Assembly (NCBI GenBank): GCA_963719515.1 | Contig: CAVRCJ010000012.1 | Coordinates: 1-41,079, forward strand | DNA length: 41,079 nucleotides | Source of the DNA: an uncultured cyanobacterium | GTDB taxonomy: Bacteria; Cyanobacteriota; Cyanobacteriia; CAKZMO01 | Direction of reading: 5' to 3' | The notes under the pieces: generated by a model | Databases searched by the model: none | What the model was told of the DNA's origin: nothing | Seen by the model: the letters and a program-made list of their open reading frames with translations, nothing else | In this document: in pieces, positions 10,760 to 21,010 of the stretch | Numbering within the stretch: position 1 is the stretch's first letter | How the letters are laid out: each line of letters begins with the position of its first letter | Made by a program: the position numbers and the translations under genes

Positions 10760-11046
10760 GGTGTATCAGCCTTTCTTACGTTGACATTACGATTGTGCTG
10801 GGATAAGCGAGATCTTCTGCTAATATCCAGTTATCTCTACCGACGTCAAGAGCTAGGTCTTCAAGCACTGAAGCTTTGAGTAAGTTGCAGCTGGAGCTAG
10901 AGGCTGACAGGGGTGCGGGGGTGCAAGGAACTGCAGGCTGCGCCAGAGCAAGCTTCTCAATATCGAGCAGTTCTCACCCTACTGAGCCCCGTTGCAACGT
11001 TTGGTATCATTGCTAAAACATTAAATCTAGAGAAGGGCCACCTGAT

Positions 11047-12642
11047 ATGGCACAAGCGCCAGTTTCTCCTGTTGTTTTGATCATTCTAGATGGCTGGGGA
11101 CATCGGGAAGATACGCAGGCTAATTCGATTAAAGCGGCTCACACCCCAGTGAGCGATAGCCTTTGGGAAGCGTATCCCCATACCTTAGTCAATACGTCAG
11201 GTAAAGATGTCGGTTTACCTGATGGCCAGATGGGAAACTCGGAGGTCGGCCACCTCAATATTGGAGCCGGCCGCGTCGTTCCTCAAGAACTCGTACGCAT
11301 TTCTGATGCCGTTGAAGACGGCTCTATCCTAGATAACAAAGCCCTTTTGGATATTTGCGATCGCCTTCGCCAAACCGGTGGAACGCTTCACTTAATTGGT
11401 TTGTGCTCCGACGGCGGCGTCCATGCGCACATTAACCATATTGGAGGACTCCTTCAGCTTGCGAAAGCGCAGCAGCTTAGCGATGTCTGCATTCACGCCA
11501 TCACCGACGGGCGAGACACTAAGCCCACTTCAGGGATAGAAAACATTGAGAGGCTTGAGGATATCATCCAGTCGGTAGGCGTGGGTCATATTGCCACCGT
11601 CAGCGGACGCTATTACGCAATGGACCGCGATCGCCGCTGGGATCGCATTGAAAAGGTTTACTCCGTATTGACGACCGACGACAGCAGCGGTCAGTCGGCG
11701 GTCGAGGTGATGAAAGCCTCTTACGACGAGGGCATTACCGATGAGTTTGTGCTGCCGACTCGAATTACGCCAGGGGCCATCAAGGCAGGCGATGGCGTCA
11801 TCTTCTTCAACTTTCGGCCTGACCGAGCTCGTCAGCTGACCCAGGCTTTTGTCGACCCCAACTTCGACGGGTTCGAGCGAGAAATTGTTGAGTCCTTAGC
11901 CTTTGCGACCTTTACCCAGTATGATCCATCGCTATCGGTAGAGGTGGCTTTCATGCCGCAAAACCTGGACAATATTTTGGGCCAGGTGATCGCAAACCAC
12001 GGACTACTGCAGTACCGCGCAGCCGAAACGGAGAAATACGCCCACGTCACCTACTTCTTCAATGGCGGTATTGAAGACCCCTTAGACGGTGAGGTGCGGG
12101 AGATGGTGCCTAGTCCAATGGTAGCCACCTACGATCAGGCTCCGGAGATGTCAGCGGACGCCGTTACTGACGTGGCGATCGCCGCCGCCCGGCGGCAAAT
12201 CTATTCTTTGATGGTGCTCAACTACGCCAACCCTGACATGGTGGGTCATACCGGCAACCAGGAGGCCACCGTTGTGGCAATCGAAACGGTGGATCGCTGT
12301 CTGGGCCGGCTATTAGAAGGAATTATTAGCGTCGGCGGCACCGCCATCATCATTGCCGACCACGGCAACGCTGAGGTGATGGAAGATGAACAGGGCAATC
12401 CCTGGACGGCCCACACCATTAATCCCGTACCGTTTATCTTGGTAGAGGGAGAGCGCCGCAAAATTGGCGGCTACGGGACAGAGGTCAAGCTGCGCTCCGG
12501 CGGTCGCTTAGCCGATATTGCTCCCACAATTCTAGATATCCTTCAGCTACCCCAGCCCCCGGAGATGACGGGCGAGTCTATCATTCAGCCCCTCACCTTT
12601 GAAGTCAGCGAGAATCGCGCCCCGGTGAGCATCTCGCTTTAG
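11047..12642 (+). CDS. gpmI: 2,3-bisphosphoglycerate-independent phosphoglycerate mutase
   Basis: ILDGWG, MGNSEVGH, AMDRDRRW, AETEKYAHVT, DMVGHTG, DHGNAE. Confidence 0.99.
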   Translation: MAQAPVSPVVLIILDGWGHREDTQANSIKAAHTPVSDSLWEAYPHTLVNTSGKDVGLPDGQMGNSEVGHLNIGAGRVVPQELVRISDAVEDGSILDNKALLDICDRLRQTGGTLHLIGLCSDGGVHAHINHIGGLLQLAKAQQLSDVCIHAITDGRDTKPTSGIENIERLEDIIQSVGVGHIATVSGRYYAMDRDRRWDRIEKVYSVLTTDDSSGQSAVEVMKASYDEGITDEFVLPTRITPGAIKAGDGVIFFNFRPDRARQLTQAFVDPNFDGFEREIVESLAFATFTQYDPSLSVEVAFMPQNLDNILGQVIANHGLLQYRAAETEKYAHVTYFFNGGIEDPLDGEVREMVPSPMVATYDQAPEMSADAVTDVAIAAARRQIYSLMVLNYANPDMVGHTGNQEATVVAIETVDRCLGRLLEGIISVGGTAIIIADHGNAEVMEDEQGNPWTAHTINPVPFILVEGERRKIGGYGTEVKLRSGGRLADIAPTILDILQLPQPPEMTGESIIQPLTFEVSENRAPVSISL

Positions 12643-12796
12643 CGGTAGGTTAGGGCGGTACAGCTGAAGCGGTACAGTTAGCGCAGCGCTACAGGCGTCA
12701 ATCAGCCGGGTTAAGATAGGAAAGCCCTAACGCGGGGTTAGCGGCAGAATTAAAGCCGTAGGAACATGGCAATGGATATGTTTAGCGTGATCCTAG

Positions 12797-12884
12797 CCCT
12801 CACCCCCGGCCCCTCTCCCAAAGTCGGGAGAGGGGAGTCTAGTTCCCTTCCCTCAGCATTGGGGGAAGGGCTAGGGATGGGGGC
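12797..12884. repeat. Structured small dispersed repeat (MITE-like) with two inner hairpins
   Basis: Hairpins CCCCTCTCCC-aaagtc-GGGAGAGGGG and CCCTTCCCTCA-gcat-TGGGGGAAGGG enclosed by an imperfect outer stem; resembles the CCCCTCTCCC..GGGAGAGGGG repeats common in filamentous cyanobacteria. Confidence 0.7.
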
Positions 12885-12965
12885 TTCCAGGACGCTAAAC
12901 AGTTACGTGCCATGTCCTATACGCATTTGCAAAGTAGTCAACAGAGCGAAACTGAAGCGGTCGTT

Positions 12966-13196
12966 ATGACAATTGTTACCCTGGTTCGAATCGTCTGGGC
13001 AGTCTCTGCCGTTGGTCTAATCACGCTGGTGCTGCTGCACAGCCCTAAAGGGGACGGTCTGGGGGGATTAGGCGGGCAGGCCCAGCTTTTTACCAGCACT
13101 AAAAGCGCAGAAACCACCCTCAACCGCGTCACTTGGACGCTGGCGGCGACGTTCTTGGGGTTAACCCTAGTGCTCAGCGCGGGCTGGTTGGGCTAG
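12966..13196 (+). CDS. secG: Preprotein translocase SecG
   Basis: LLHSPKGDGLGGLGG and SAETTLNRVTW; usual gpmI-secG linkage; ATG 12966 gives 76 aa. Confidence 0.95.
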   Translation: MTIVTLVRIVWAVSAVGLITLVLLHSPKGDGLGGLGGQAQLFTSTKSAETTLNRVTWTLAATFLGLTLVLSAGWLG

Positions 13197-13225
13197 CGGC
13201 GCGCAATTGATGTCGGGGCTATTGA

Positions 13226-13990
13226 ATGCTTAGGCAGAACTGGAGGCGATGGGGATTTATCGTCGCCGCTACAGCGCTGTGGATAACTGTTGCCTTCGGA
13301 CCGAGACTTTCCGGCGCTATGGCGGTCGATAGTGCCGCCTTGGAATCTCGGTTTGCGGCCCCACAACAGCACCCGCTGCCGGCGCAGCTTGCTGAAGCCT
13401 GTAGCGCCGCTCCCGACGTCGCCCGTCGCCCCACAGACTATTTCAGCGCCATTCGGCCGCTGCCCGTAGGCTATTTGATTTGGTCACAGTTTCCGATACC
13501 GATCTACGTTGAGCTGCTAACGAACGACCATGAATCGGTAGCGGCGCGCTGGGCTGAGGCCACAGCCCTCGTCCTTCAAGACTGGGGACAGTATCTACCG
13601 CTGCAGACTGTTTCTGACGCCGATACCGCAGCGATACGGCTCTACCCCGTTCAGCCTCCTTTTCGCTATAGCGCCGACGGAACATTTCGGGCCCAGTCGG
13701 GAGACACACGCTACGAACTCTACGTGCAGGAGTCAGGCGCTCCAGTGCTCAGACACCGGCTTGACGTGCGCGTAAAGCCCGGACAGGCCGCTCGACAGCT
13801 AGAGGCCTCCATCCGCCACGAGCTGGGCCATGCTTTGGGGATTTGGGGCCACAGCCGCAGCCCCAAAGATGCCCTCTACTACAGTCAAGTTGCAGCCCCC
13901 CCGGCTGTCTCAGCGGGTGATGTGGCGACCCTATGCGAGGTCTACCGGCAGCCCACTAGTCTCGGCTGGCCGCTTGTCGAGGCAAATTAG
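13226..13990 (+). CDS. Secreted Zn metallopeptidase (matrixin-like)
   Basis: HELGHALGIWGH (HExxHxxGxxxH); signal-peptide-like N-terminus. Confidence 0.85.
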   Translation: MLRQNWRRWGFIVAATALWITVAFGPRLSGAMAVDSAALESRFAAPQQHPLPAQLAEACSAAPDVARRPTDYFSAIRPLPVGYLIWSQFPIPIYVELLTNDHESVAARWAEATALVLQDWGQYLPLQTVSDADTAAIRLYPVQPPFRYSADGTFRAQSGDTRYELYVQESGAPVLRHRLDVRVKPGQAARQLEASIRHELGHALGIWGHSRSPKDALYYSQVAAPPAVSAGDVATLCEVYRQPTSLGWPLVEAN

Positions 13991-14008
13991 CCGCATAAAC
14001 CTGCTGTG

Positions 14009-14914
14009 CTAGGGTTTTACCCCCTCATAGGTGAGCTGATCGGAGCGGTAGCTGGGGGGCTCAATGTGAATGCTAAATCGGGCCGGGGCGTAATGTTCTT
14101 CCAGCGCTTCTTCAACCGCTTCGGTAATCTGATGGGCGGTGCGAACGTCTTCGGCACTTACAATTAGGTGCATTTCAATAAAGACCTGGCGGCCCATGAC
14201 CCCCCGCGAAGCAATATCGTGGCAATTAAGCACGCCGGGAACATCCATGACGATCCGGTGAATTGCCTCGGGGGCGATCGCCACCTGATCGACGAGCCAG
14301 GGCAAGTTAGTTTTGACAACCTGCCAGCCGCTCCCAAAGACTAAAATCGCGACCGGAAAAGCCAGCACGACGTCTAGCCAGGTATAGTTCAGCATCCAGA
14401 TACCCACCAGTCCTGCCAGTACCGCAATGGTCACCCAAACGTCGCTCATCGTATGGTGAGCATCAGCAATTAAAATTGGGCTATTGATGCGGCGGCCAAC
14501 GCGGCGCTCGTAGAAAGCTACAAAGATATTAATTCCCAAAACAACCAGCAGCAGCCAAAGCTCCAGCTCTGATACCTCAATGCTGGACTGCTCGGAGAAA
14601 AGACGCATGATGGCCTGTTGAAAAATTTCAAAGCAGGCCACCCCCAGTAGGGCCGCAATTCCTAAGGCCCCGACAGCCTCAAATTTCTGGTGTCCATAGG
14701 GATGGTCTCGATCAGGCTCTGGAGATGAGAGCTGACTGGTCACTAGGCCCAAGACGTTGTTGGCGCTGTCGGTGACGCTGTGGAGAGCATCGGCGAGTAT
14801 GCTGAGCGAGCCCGTCATCAGACCAACAACCAGCTTGATCGCCATGACCACAAGGTTAAGGACCAGGGTAATGACAAGGACTTTGCGGACTTCAGCACGG
14901 TAGTTGGCGCTCAT
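14009..14914 (-). CDS. Cation diffusion facilitator transporter
   Basis: ADALHSVTD, HPYGHQKFE, ADAHHTMSD, C-terminal IHIEP. Confidence 0.95.
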   Translation of the reverse strand: MSANYRAEVRKVLVITLVLNLVVMAIKLVVGLMTGSLSILADALHSVTDSANNVLGLVTSQLSSPEPDRDHPYGHQKFEAVGALGIAALLGVACFEIFQQAIMRLFSEQSSIEVSELELWLLLVVLGINIFVAFYERRVGRRINSPILIADAHHTMSDVWVTIAVLAGLVGIWMLNYTWLDVVLAFPVAILVFGSGWQVVKTNLPWLVDQVAIAPEAIHRIVMDVPGVLNCHDIASRGVMGRQVFIEMHLIVSAEDVRTAHQITEAVEEALEEHYAPARFSIHIEPPSYRSDQLTYEGVKP

Positions 14915-14994
14915 ATCTTATTGCGGGGGTAAAGCACGAATTGAGCTAGCTTCGTGGCTAGAATAGTGAGGCTGTGTACCTGAACGCCTCTACC

Positions 14995-15336
14995 ATGACA
15001 GATTCAAACCTTAGTCTAAACCTTGTAGAAGGGTCGGTCTCCTTTAAATTTACGTCAGAGGCCGCCAAAGCGGTGCAATCTGAACTGTCCCAACTGCTGG
15101 AAAGTCTCAAAGCAACCACAGTTCGCCCTGGGCAAGGAACAAAACCTACACCTCAGCCTGCGATGGAGTATCGTCATGCCGGGGACGTGTTTCTCGAAAT
15201 ATTTTGTAATCCCAACATCTGGCCCAGTCCCTTTGCCGCTAAGGTGCTGATCACCCTGAGGGACGATCGGATTAGATTGACGACTGAAGCCGAGCTGACG
15301 CAGTTGGTTAGCGATATCAACGAGTTTTTGTCCTAA
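14995..15336 (+). CDS. Conserved cyanobacterial hypothetical protein
   Basis: Clean ORF divergent from the CDF gene; FLEIFCNPNIWPSPFAAKVL; start uncertain. Confidence 0.75.
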   Translation: MTDSNLSLNLVEGSVSFKFTSEAAKAVQSELSQLLESLKATTVRPGQGTKPTPQPAMEYRHAGDVFLEIFCNPNIWPSPFAAKVLITLRDDRIRLTTEAELTQLVSDINEFLS

Positions 15337-15651
15337 ATGGGAAACTGGGGCAGAGCGATCGCGATTACTTCGCTGTAATTGCTGCGGCTGATGGCTCGTC
15401 CTCACGATGGGCACCACCATCGGCAAGGTGTGATAGCTTAAAGAAAAGTATTAAACCTCGTCGATGATAGAAATCAGAGTTTCTAATAGGAAGAACTCTA
15501 TTTCTGTCAACAGTTTTGGTTTGTACCGGCCCTGTTTGACAGTTCTCTTATAAGTTGTGTTCGGCTATACTCGACGCTTCAATCGCGACGCGCGACGGTA
15601 GTGATCGGTTGCCAGAAACTAAATCTTGCCCAAATTACCCTTAACAGCTTT

Positions 15652-16053
15652 ATGAACCCTGATACGCTTACTGAAACCATCCAAAAAGGGTTTCGCCTTA
15701 CCCTCGGTGCAGCTTCTTTTCTCGCAGAGACCCTCCAAGACGATCGCAAGCGAGACGAAAACCTAAGCAAGCTTAGAGTAGAAAATTTCTCTACTCTTTC
15801 CGACGAATGGGCGGTAGAGGGAGCCCAAAAGGAGCAGGAAGCCCGTAGCTTCGTTGAATCCGTCATTGGGCAGGCCGCCTCGAGCGGGCCAAACATGCCG
15901 ACTGTGTCGACGCCCCCTACCTCTTCTAGTAGTGCTGCAGCTGCAGGCGGCATTCCCACAGAAATTCAGATCGATCTAAACCTGCTTAAGAATCACCTGG
16001 CGGAGATTCGCTCTGAGTTAGAAAAATCCAATCTGGATGATAGTGTAAGCTGA
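15652..16053 (+). CDS. Hypothetical protein
   Basis: MNPDTLTETIQKGFRLTLGAAS..., low-complexity linker, coiled-coil-like C-terminus; start uncertain. Confidence 0.7.
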   Translation: MNPDTLTETIQKGFRLTLGAASFLAETLQDDRKRDENLSKLRVENFSTLSDEWAVEGAQKEQEARSFVESVIGQAASSGPNMPTVSTPPTSSSSAAAAGGIPTEIQIDLNLLKNHLAEIRSELEKSNLDDSVS

Positions 16054-16114
16054 CCTCGAGAGCCGTTCTAAAACGGTCTTGACTGGGCTAAGAACGCACA
16101 ACTTCCTAAAGCTT

Positions 16115-16142
16115 GGGCCAGAGTCTTTACCGACTCTGGCCC
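16115..16142. terminator. Hairpin between convergent genes
   Basis: GGGCCAGAGTC-tttacc-GACTCTGGCCC, perfect 11-bp stem. Confidence 0.65.
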
Positions 16143-16208
16143 TCTTGTCAGTGGGCCCGCTGCAGTGAACCAACCGTCGATTGTAGGGGGGCCACTAGGG
16201 CCGGGCCA

Positions 16209-16436
16209 CTAGTCGTTGCGCCACTCTTCATGGCTCAGCAAATCTCCGATCCGATCGCGGAGCAAAAAGCAGCTTTTCTCTAACTCTTGCTCTACCCGAC
16301 TCCATTCGCGAGCTGGAATATACTTACACAGGACGTAGATGGGCTGCTGTCGGCTGACAACGCCTCGTTCAACGAGCTGGCGAGCTTCGTCACGGATAGC
16401 GTCTATGGAATAGATCTGTTGTATAGACTGGACCAT
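16209..16436 (-). CDS. DUF4327 family protein
   Basis: YSIDAIRDEARQLV..VSRQQPIY.LC.YIPAREW..LLRDRIGDL..EEW pattern. Confidence 0.85.
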   Translation of the reverse strand: MVQSIQQIYSIDAIRDEARQLVERGVVSRQQPIYVLCKYIPAREWSRVEQELEKSCFLLRDRIGDLLSHEEWRND

Positions 16437-16868
16437 GGGTCACCCTCTTGAGTTTATAACCTCGAAAAATTGAGTCGCAAGTGAGCGTTTTAGTAATCAG
16501 CGTCTCTAGCCAAGCAAGGTGCTCTAGCCGTAGCGCAGCAGCAATGACTGGCAGGTTGTACATCACGGCCAAACTCTTGACCGCCTTTGTAACTAGAGAT
16601 ACGAAACGCTTCTTAGTTTTAAGCTAGCACACCTAAAGTTTATATTAATAAAGATTGAGAAAAGTTTCAAAACTCTGACAATCGCAGCGAATTCTAGGCC
16701 GGAGCTATATCTGCTGCAAAGTGTACAGAGGCTGCGATCGCTTTACGGCTCTATCATCGTGCGAAATAGCGGATCGAAACTTAGTTTTAACCAATCTTTA
16801 ACGTTTCCTGCAGTTGCCTCTCGACGCACCAAAAGGCTCCCTGCCTATAGAGACAGTATATATGCAAA

Positions 16869-16904
16869 CTTGAGCGAGGCTAAGTTAACTTAGCCTCGCT
16901 CAAG
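16869..16904. repeat. Perfect 36-bp palindrome
   Basis: CTTGAGCGAGGCTAAGTT|AACTTAGCCTCGCTCAAG. Confidence 0.9.
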
Positions 16905-17063
16905 AGATAGGCGGCGCCTTTGAATGCCTTGGCTTTGGCCAGGGCGAGCAGTCATGCACAGTCAGACCCTATGTCAACTGGCAGTTTAGGCGTTACGCCT
17001 CACAAAGCAGCAGTCTTCGACTCATAAATAAGAATGATTCTCTTGAGCTGCTGCTAGATTGAC

Positions 17064-19526
17064 TTACTGCGCGACGCCTGCTAAGGCTGGCACCTGCTTA
17101 CAGGTGACGCTCACTCGCTGATCCTCATCAACATCTAGGACGGCTGTGTCACCAGCGGCGATCGCCCCCGATAAGAGCGCATCGGTCAATGGGTCTTCCA
17201 CCAGCTTCGTGATGGCGCGGCGCAGCGGACGAGCTCCGTAGCTGGGATCATAGCCTTGCTCAACGAGGTGCTGCTTAAAGGCATCAGTGACCTCAATAGC
17301 AAGCTCTTGGGAAGCCAGACGGGCATTGACGTCCTGCAGAAGAACATCAGCAATCTCCATGACCTCATTCCGGTTGAGCTGACGGAAGACAATCACCTCA
17401 TCGATGCGGTTGATGAACTCAGGCCGGAAGGTCTGCTTCATCTGCTCTTGGACTTGATCCCGCATGCGATCGTACTGGGCTTCGGTGAGGGATGCATCGC
17501 TAAGCTCGAAGCCAAACCCGCGACCGCCACGCTCGATGGCGCGAGATCCGAGGTTAGAGGTCATCACCAGCAAAGTGTCCTTAAAGCTGACGGTGCGGCC
17601 TTTAGCATCGGTGAGACGACCGTCGTCTAGAATCTGCAGCATCAGGTTAAAGACGTCAGGATGAGCCTTCTCAATCTCGTCCAGCAGCACCACGCTATAG
17701 GGCTTGCGGCGTACGGCTTCGGTGAGATAGCCTCCCTCGTCGTAGCCCACAAATCCCGGCGGGGAGCCAATCAGTTTGGAGACCGTATGGCGCTCCATGT
17801 ACTCGGACATGTCAATGCGAATCATGGCCTCTTCTGAACCGAATACAGAGGCAGCTAGGGCCTTAGTCAGCTCGGTTTTACCCACCCCTGTCGGGCCGGT
17901 GAACAGCAGGCTGGCAATGGGCCGCTCAGGATTTTTGAGGCTGACCCGCGATCGCCGTACGGCCCTAGCCACGGCAGAAACAGCTTCTTCTTGTCCGACC
18001 ACCCGCTCGTGCAGGGTGTCCTCAAGGTGAATCAGCAGCGCCGACTCGCTCTTAGTAAGCCGGTTAACGGGAATGCCCGTCCAAGAGGCAACGATTTCGG
18101 CAATGTCCTCAGCGGTTACGGCACCAATGGGCTTGGCGTCAGGCGAATTAGCCTGAACTTGGGTTCGGATTTGAGCTTCTAGCTCGCTCTCCTGCTGGTA
18201 ATGAGTGGCGGCCTGCTTGAAGTCCTGGGCGGCGATCGCCTCGTCTTTCTGGGCGCGCACCTGCCGCAGCGACTGGCGCAGGTCTTGGGTCGCACCCAAG
18301 GTGCTATGGCGCAGCTTCACCCGAGAGCCCGCCTCGTCAATCAGATCGATAGCCTTGTCGGGTAGATGGCGATCGGCGATGTAGCGGTCAGATAGGGTGG
18401 CGGCAGCCTCAACAGCCTCATCAGTGATAGTGAGGCGATGGTGCTGCTCGTAGCGGCTGCGGATGCCCCGCAAAATGTCTACGGTTTCCTCTACAGAAGG
18501 TGGCGTCACCATCACGGGCTGGAATCGCCGCTCTAAGGCCGCGTCCTTCTCGATGTGCTGGCGATACTCGTTGAGAGTGGTGGCCCCGATGCACTGTAGC
18601 TCACCCCGCGCTAGGGCGGGCTTCAGCAGGTTGGCAGCATCTAGGCCGCCCTCAACGCCGCCTGCGCCGACCAGGGTGTGGATCTCGTCGATGACCAAGA
18701 TGACATTGCCCGCCTTTTGAACATCGGCGACAATCTGCTTGAGGCGCTCTTCAAAGTCACCGCGAAAGCGAGTTCCACTCAGCAACCGGCCCATTTCTAA
18801 GGAGATGACGCGCTGGTCTTGAAGGCCTTCAGGAACGTCCTGATTGACGATGCGCTGGGCCAATCCCTCAGCGATCGCTGTTTTGCCAACGCCGGGTTCG
18901 CCAATTAGCACCGGGTTATTCTTGCTGCGGCGTCCGAGAATCTGCACTACGCGCTCAATTTCCTGCGATCGCCCAATGACGGGGTCAATGTAGCCTTCGG
19001 CGGCGCGCTGGGTGAGGTCGACACCAAATTCTTCTAGCGCTTTAGCATCGCCAGAGGAGGGCGATCGCTCTTTGCGCGCGCCGACGGGAACAGCTTCTTT
19101 CAAGTTTTGGACAACAGTCTCTTCGACCACATGGGGGTCGACGCCTAGGTTTTGCATCACTTTGACGGCTACGCTGTCTTTTGTGCGCGTCAGGGTCAAT
19201 AGAATGTGCTCTGGCAAAACAGAGTCGCTGTTGAATCGACGCGCTTCCTGTAGCGCCTGCTCAAGAACGCGCTTGGTTTTTGGAGTGAGGGGAATATCGG
19301 TAACGCGAGAGGGCTGGCTTTGTCCCACCAGTTTTTCAACTTCGGAGCGGGCATCCTCTAGCACCAGACCAGAGTCCTGTAAAATTTGCGCGGCTTTGCT
19401 GGTACGGTTGCCCATTAGCCCTAGCAGCAGCTGCTCGGTGCCAACAAAGTTTTGGCCAAGCTGCCGGGCTTCTCGCTGGGCCTGAATGATGACCGCAACA
19501 GCATCACTATCGAAATACTCAAACAT
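17064..19526 (-). CDS. clpC: ATP-dependent Clp protease ATP-binding subunit (ClpC-type)
   Basis: Clp-N repeats, two Walker A motifs ([16 protein letters not shown]), short UVR-type middle domain, GFGF ClpP-docking loop. Confidence 0.9.
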   Translation of the reverse strand: MFEYFDSDAVAVIIQAQREARQLGQNFVGTEQLLLGLMGNRTSKAAQILQDSGLVLEDARSEVEKLVGQSQPSRVTDIPLTPKTKRVLEQALQEARRFNSDSVLPEHILLTLTRTKDSVAVKVMQNLGVDPHVVEETVVQNLKEAVPVGARKERSPSSGDAKALEEFGVDLTQRAAEGYIDPVIGRSQEIERVVQILGRRSKNNPVLIGEPGVGKTAIAEGLAQRIVNQDVPEGLQDQRVISLEMGRLLSGTRFRGDFEERLKQIVADVQKAGNVILVIDEIHTLVGAGGVEGGLDAANLLKPALARGELQCIGATTLNEYRQHIEKDAALERRFQPVMVTPPSVEETVDILRGIRSRYEQHHRLTITDEAVEAAATLSDRYIADRHLPDKAIDLIDEAGSRVKLRHSTLGATQDLRQSLRQVRAQKDEAIAAQDFKQAATHYQQESELEAQIRTQVQANSPDAKPIGAVTAEDIAEIVASWTGIPVNRLTKSESALLIHLEDTLHERVVGQEEAVSAVARAVRRSRVSLKNPERPIASLLFTGPTGVGKTELTKALAASVFGSEEAMIRIDMSEYMERHTVSKLIGSPPGFVGYDEGGYLTEAVRRKPYSVVLLDEIEKAHPDVFNLMLQILDDGRLTDAKGRTVSFKDTLLVMTSNLGSRAIERGGRGFGFELSDASLTEAQYDRMRDQVQEQMKQTFRPEFINRIDEVIVFRQLNRNEVMEIADVLLQDVNARLASQELAIEVTDAFKQHLVEQGYDPSYGARPLRRAITKLVEDPLTDALLSGAIAAGDTAVLDVDEDQRVSVTCKQVPALAGVAQ

Positions 19527-19731
19527 GGGTGCTCTCCAAGGGCTGGGTCTATCACAGACCGAATGGCAATGAGCTACAAGCCTCTATAGATTCAAGGGAG
19601 TAGCCATAAGTGAACGATGTCTAACAACCTTAATTTTTGGCCACAGACTCGACGAATCTACTAATGATGGAGGCTAACGAAACTCATTGATTAACTTTCT
19701 TAAATGTATCGATTGAAACGGGAACCGCGCA

Positions 19732-19769
19732 GTAGGGAGATCCGTATGAGGAGGTGAGGTTTGGGAAAC
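19732..19769 (-). promoter_or_regulatory. Tandem degenerate K-box-like elements upstream of clpC
   Basis: Minus strand GTTTCCCAAACCTCAC and ATACGGATCTCCCTAC, 22 nt apart, each a partial match to GTTCGGNNANCCNNAC. Confidence 0.4.
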
Positions 19770-19783
19770 TGGAAGACTCACCT

Positions 19784-19960
19784 ATAGAGCGAGGCAGGAC
19801 AGCTTGACGTACTCCCCGCCCTGAAGAGCGGGGATTCTGGAATCAAGCAGCGATCGCAGGCTGAGCCTGTCTGACATCGCCTAGCCCACGGGTTGACGCC
19901 CCAACCCGTTGAATGTTTATTGCAGCATTCAAGTCTCGATCGTGATGTTCGTTGCAAATA
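19784..19960 (-). ncRNA. Predicted TnpB omega/reRNA (scaffold + flank-derived guide)
   Basis: Inferred from TnpB biology: scaffold overlaps the tnpB 3' end and RE hairpin; guide about GCTGTCCTGCCTCGCTCTAT (19803-19784); 5' boundary is a guess. Confidence 0.5.
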
Positions 19961-20967
19961 GGGCAATCCCACTGCCGTTGTTTTAGATCTAACTCCTTCA
20001 GTACGTGCCCACAACAGCTACAAGTTTTAGAGCTGGGATACCACTGGTCGATGAATGCTACGGTCTTGCCTTTTTTCTTTGCCACCCACTGAAGGATTTC
20101 GAGAAATTCAGCTAGGGCTAGGTCCGATATCTTCCGGCCCCATAGCCGCTGCATCCCTTTCAGGTTCAGCGTCTCAAAGTAGAGCGCATCGTAGGTATCG
20201 GTTAGCCGGTGGGCAAGCTTCCAAAACCAATCTCGTCGCCTATTGGCTATGGCCTCATGGCAGCGAGCTAGATTTAGTCTTGCCCTGTGCCAGTTTGCCG
20301 ACTTTTTTCGCTTGCGCGATAGGTTGCGGCTAGCTCGGCAAAGGTCTTTGAGCGATGCTTTCAGGAATTCAGGAGACTCGATTTGAGTACCATCTGACAA
20401 AGTGAGAAACGTCTTCAGTCCAAAATCAGCACCAGCGGTTTTACCCGTCTCGATGCCTTGAACTGGTTCAGCTTCCTGGTCCACCACAACGGCTAAAAAC
20501 AGCTCACCCAAAGGCGATCGCTTCACCGTGACGGTCTTAACCTTGCCCTCTATCTCCCTTGAATTCCAATACTGGTAGACCCTGCTGCCTATCTTGATAC
20601 GACCACCATTGAGCAGCTTGTATCCCGCCTGTTTTAGGGTGAACGACTTGTATCGCCTTACCTTCTGAAAGCTAGGCGGCCTATAGCCTTTGCCGTGATG
20701 CTTAAAGAACAGCTGGTATGCCTTTTCAATTCGCTGGCAGATGTCCTGCACAGCCTGAGACCCCACCAACTGCCAAAACGGATTGCGCCTCCGTAGCTTG
20801 GCAATATGAGACTGAAGTTTAGAGCAATTGAGGTGTTTGCCCCACATACGGTAGTACCGTTTGTGGAGAGCAATGCAGTGGTTCCAAATCACCCCAGCAG
20901 CATTAATAGTGCGTTTTAGGTGCCGGTTCCGCTTGTGCTCGTATATCTTAAACTTCAATGTTCTCAT
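19843..20967 (-). CDS. tnpB: RNA-guided endonuclease TnpB (374 aa)
   Basis: RuvC-I GADFGLK, RuvC-II FETLN, zinc finger CSCC..CPIC, RuvC-III DRDLNAAINI; MRTLKFKIY taken as the true start. Confidence 0.95.
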   Translation of the reverse strand: MRTLKFKIYEHKRNRHLKRTINAAGVIWNHCIALHKRYYRMWGKHLNCSKLQSHIAKLRRRNPFWQLVGSQAVQDICQRIEKAYQLFFKHHGKGYRPPSFQKVRRYKSFTLKQAGYKLLNGGRIKIGSRVYQYWNSREIEGKVKTVTVKRSPLGELFLAVVVDQEAEPVQGIETGKTAGADFGLKTFLTLSDGTQIESPEFLKASLKDLCRASRNLSRKRKKSANWHRARLNLARCHEAIANRRRDWFWKLAHRLTDTYDALYFETLNLKGMQRLWGRKISDLALAEFLEILQWVAKKKGKTVAFIDQWYPSSKTCSCCGHVLKELDLKQRQWDCPICNEHHDRDLNAAINIQRVGASTRGLGDVRQAQPAIAA

Positions 20968-21010
20968 ACTGTTTATGTTAGCATAGATGCGTAGGCATTG
21001 TGTAGGCAGT

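Noticed and set aside
12643..12690. Short GCGGTA(C)AG repeats as a possible CRISPR
   Set aside because: Units are too short and have no spacers
12766..12969. 67-aa ORF between gpmI and secG
   Set aside because: Largely a translation of the palindromic repeat (LTPGPSP...GEG); no independent support
16893..16901. Match between element-1 guide and the 36-bp palindrome
   Set aside because: Only 9 nt (GCCTCGCTC), outside the seed and without a TAM; compatible with chance
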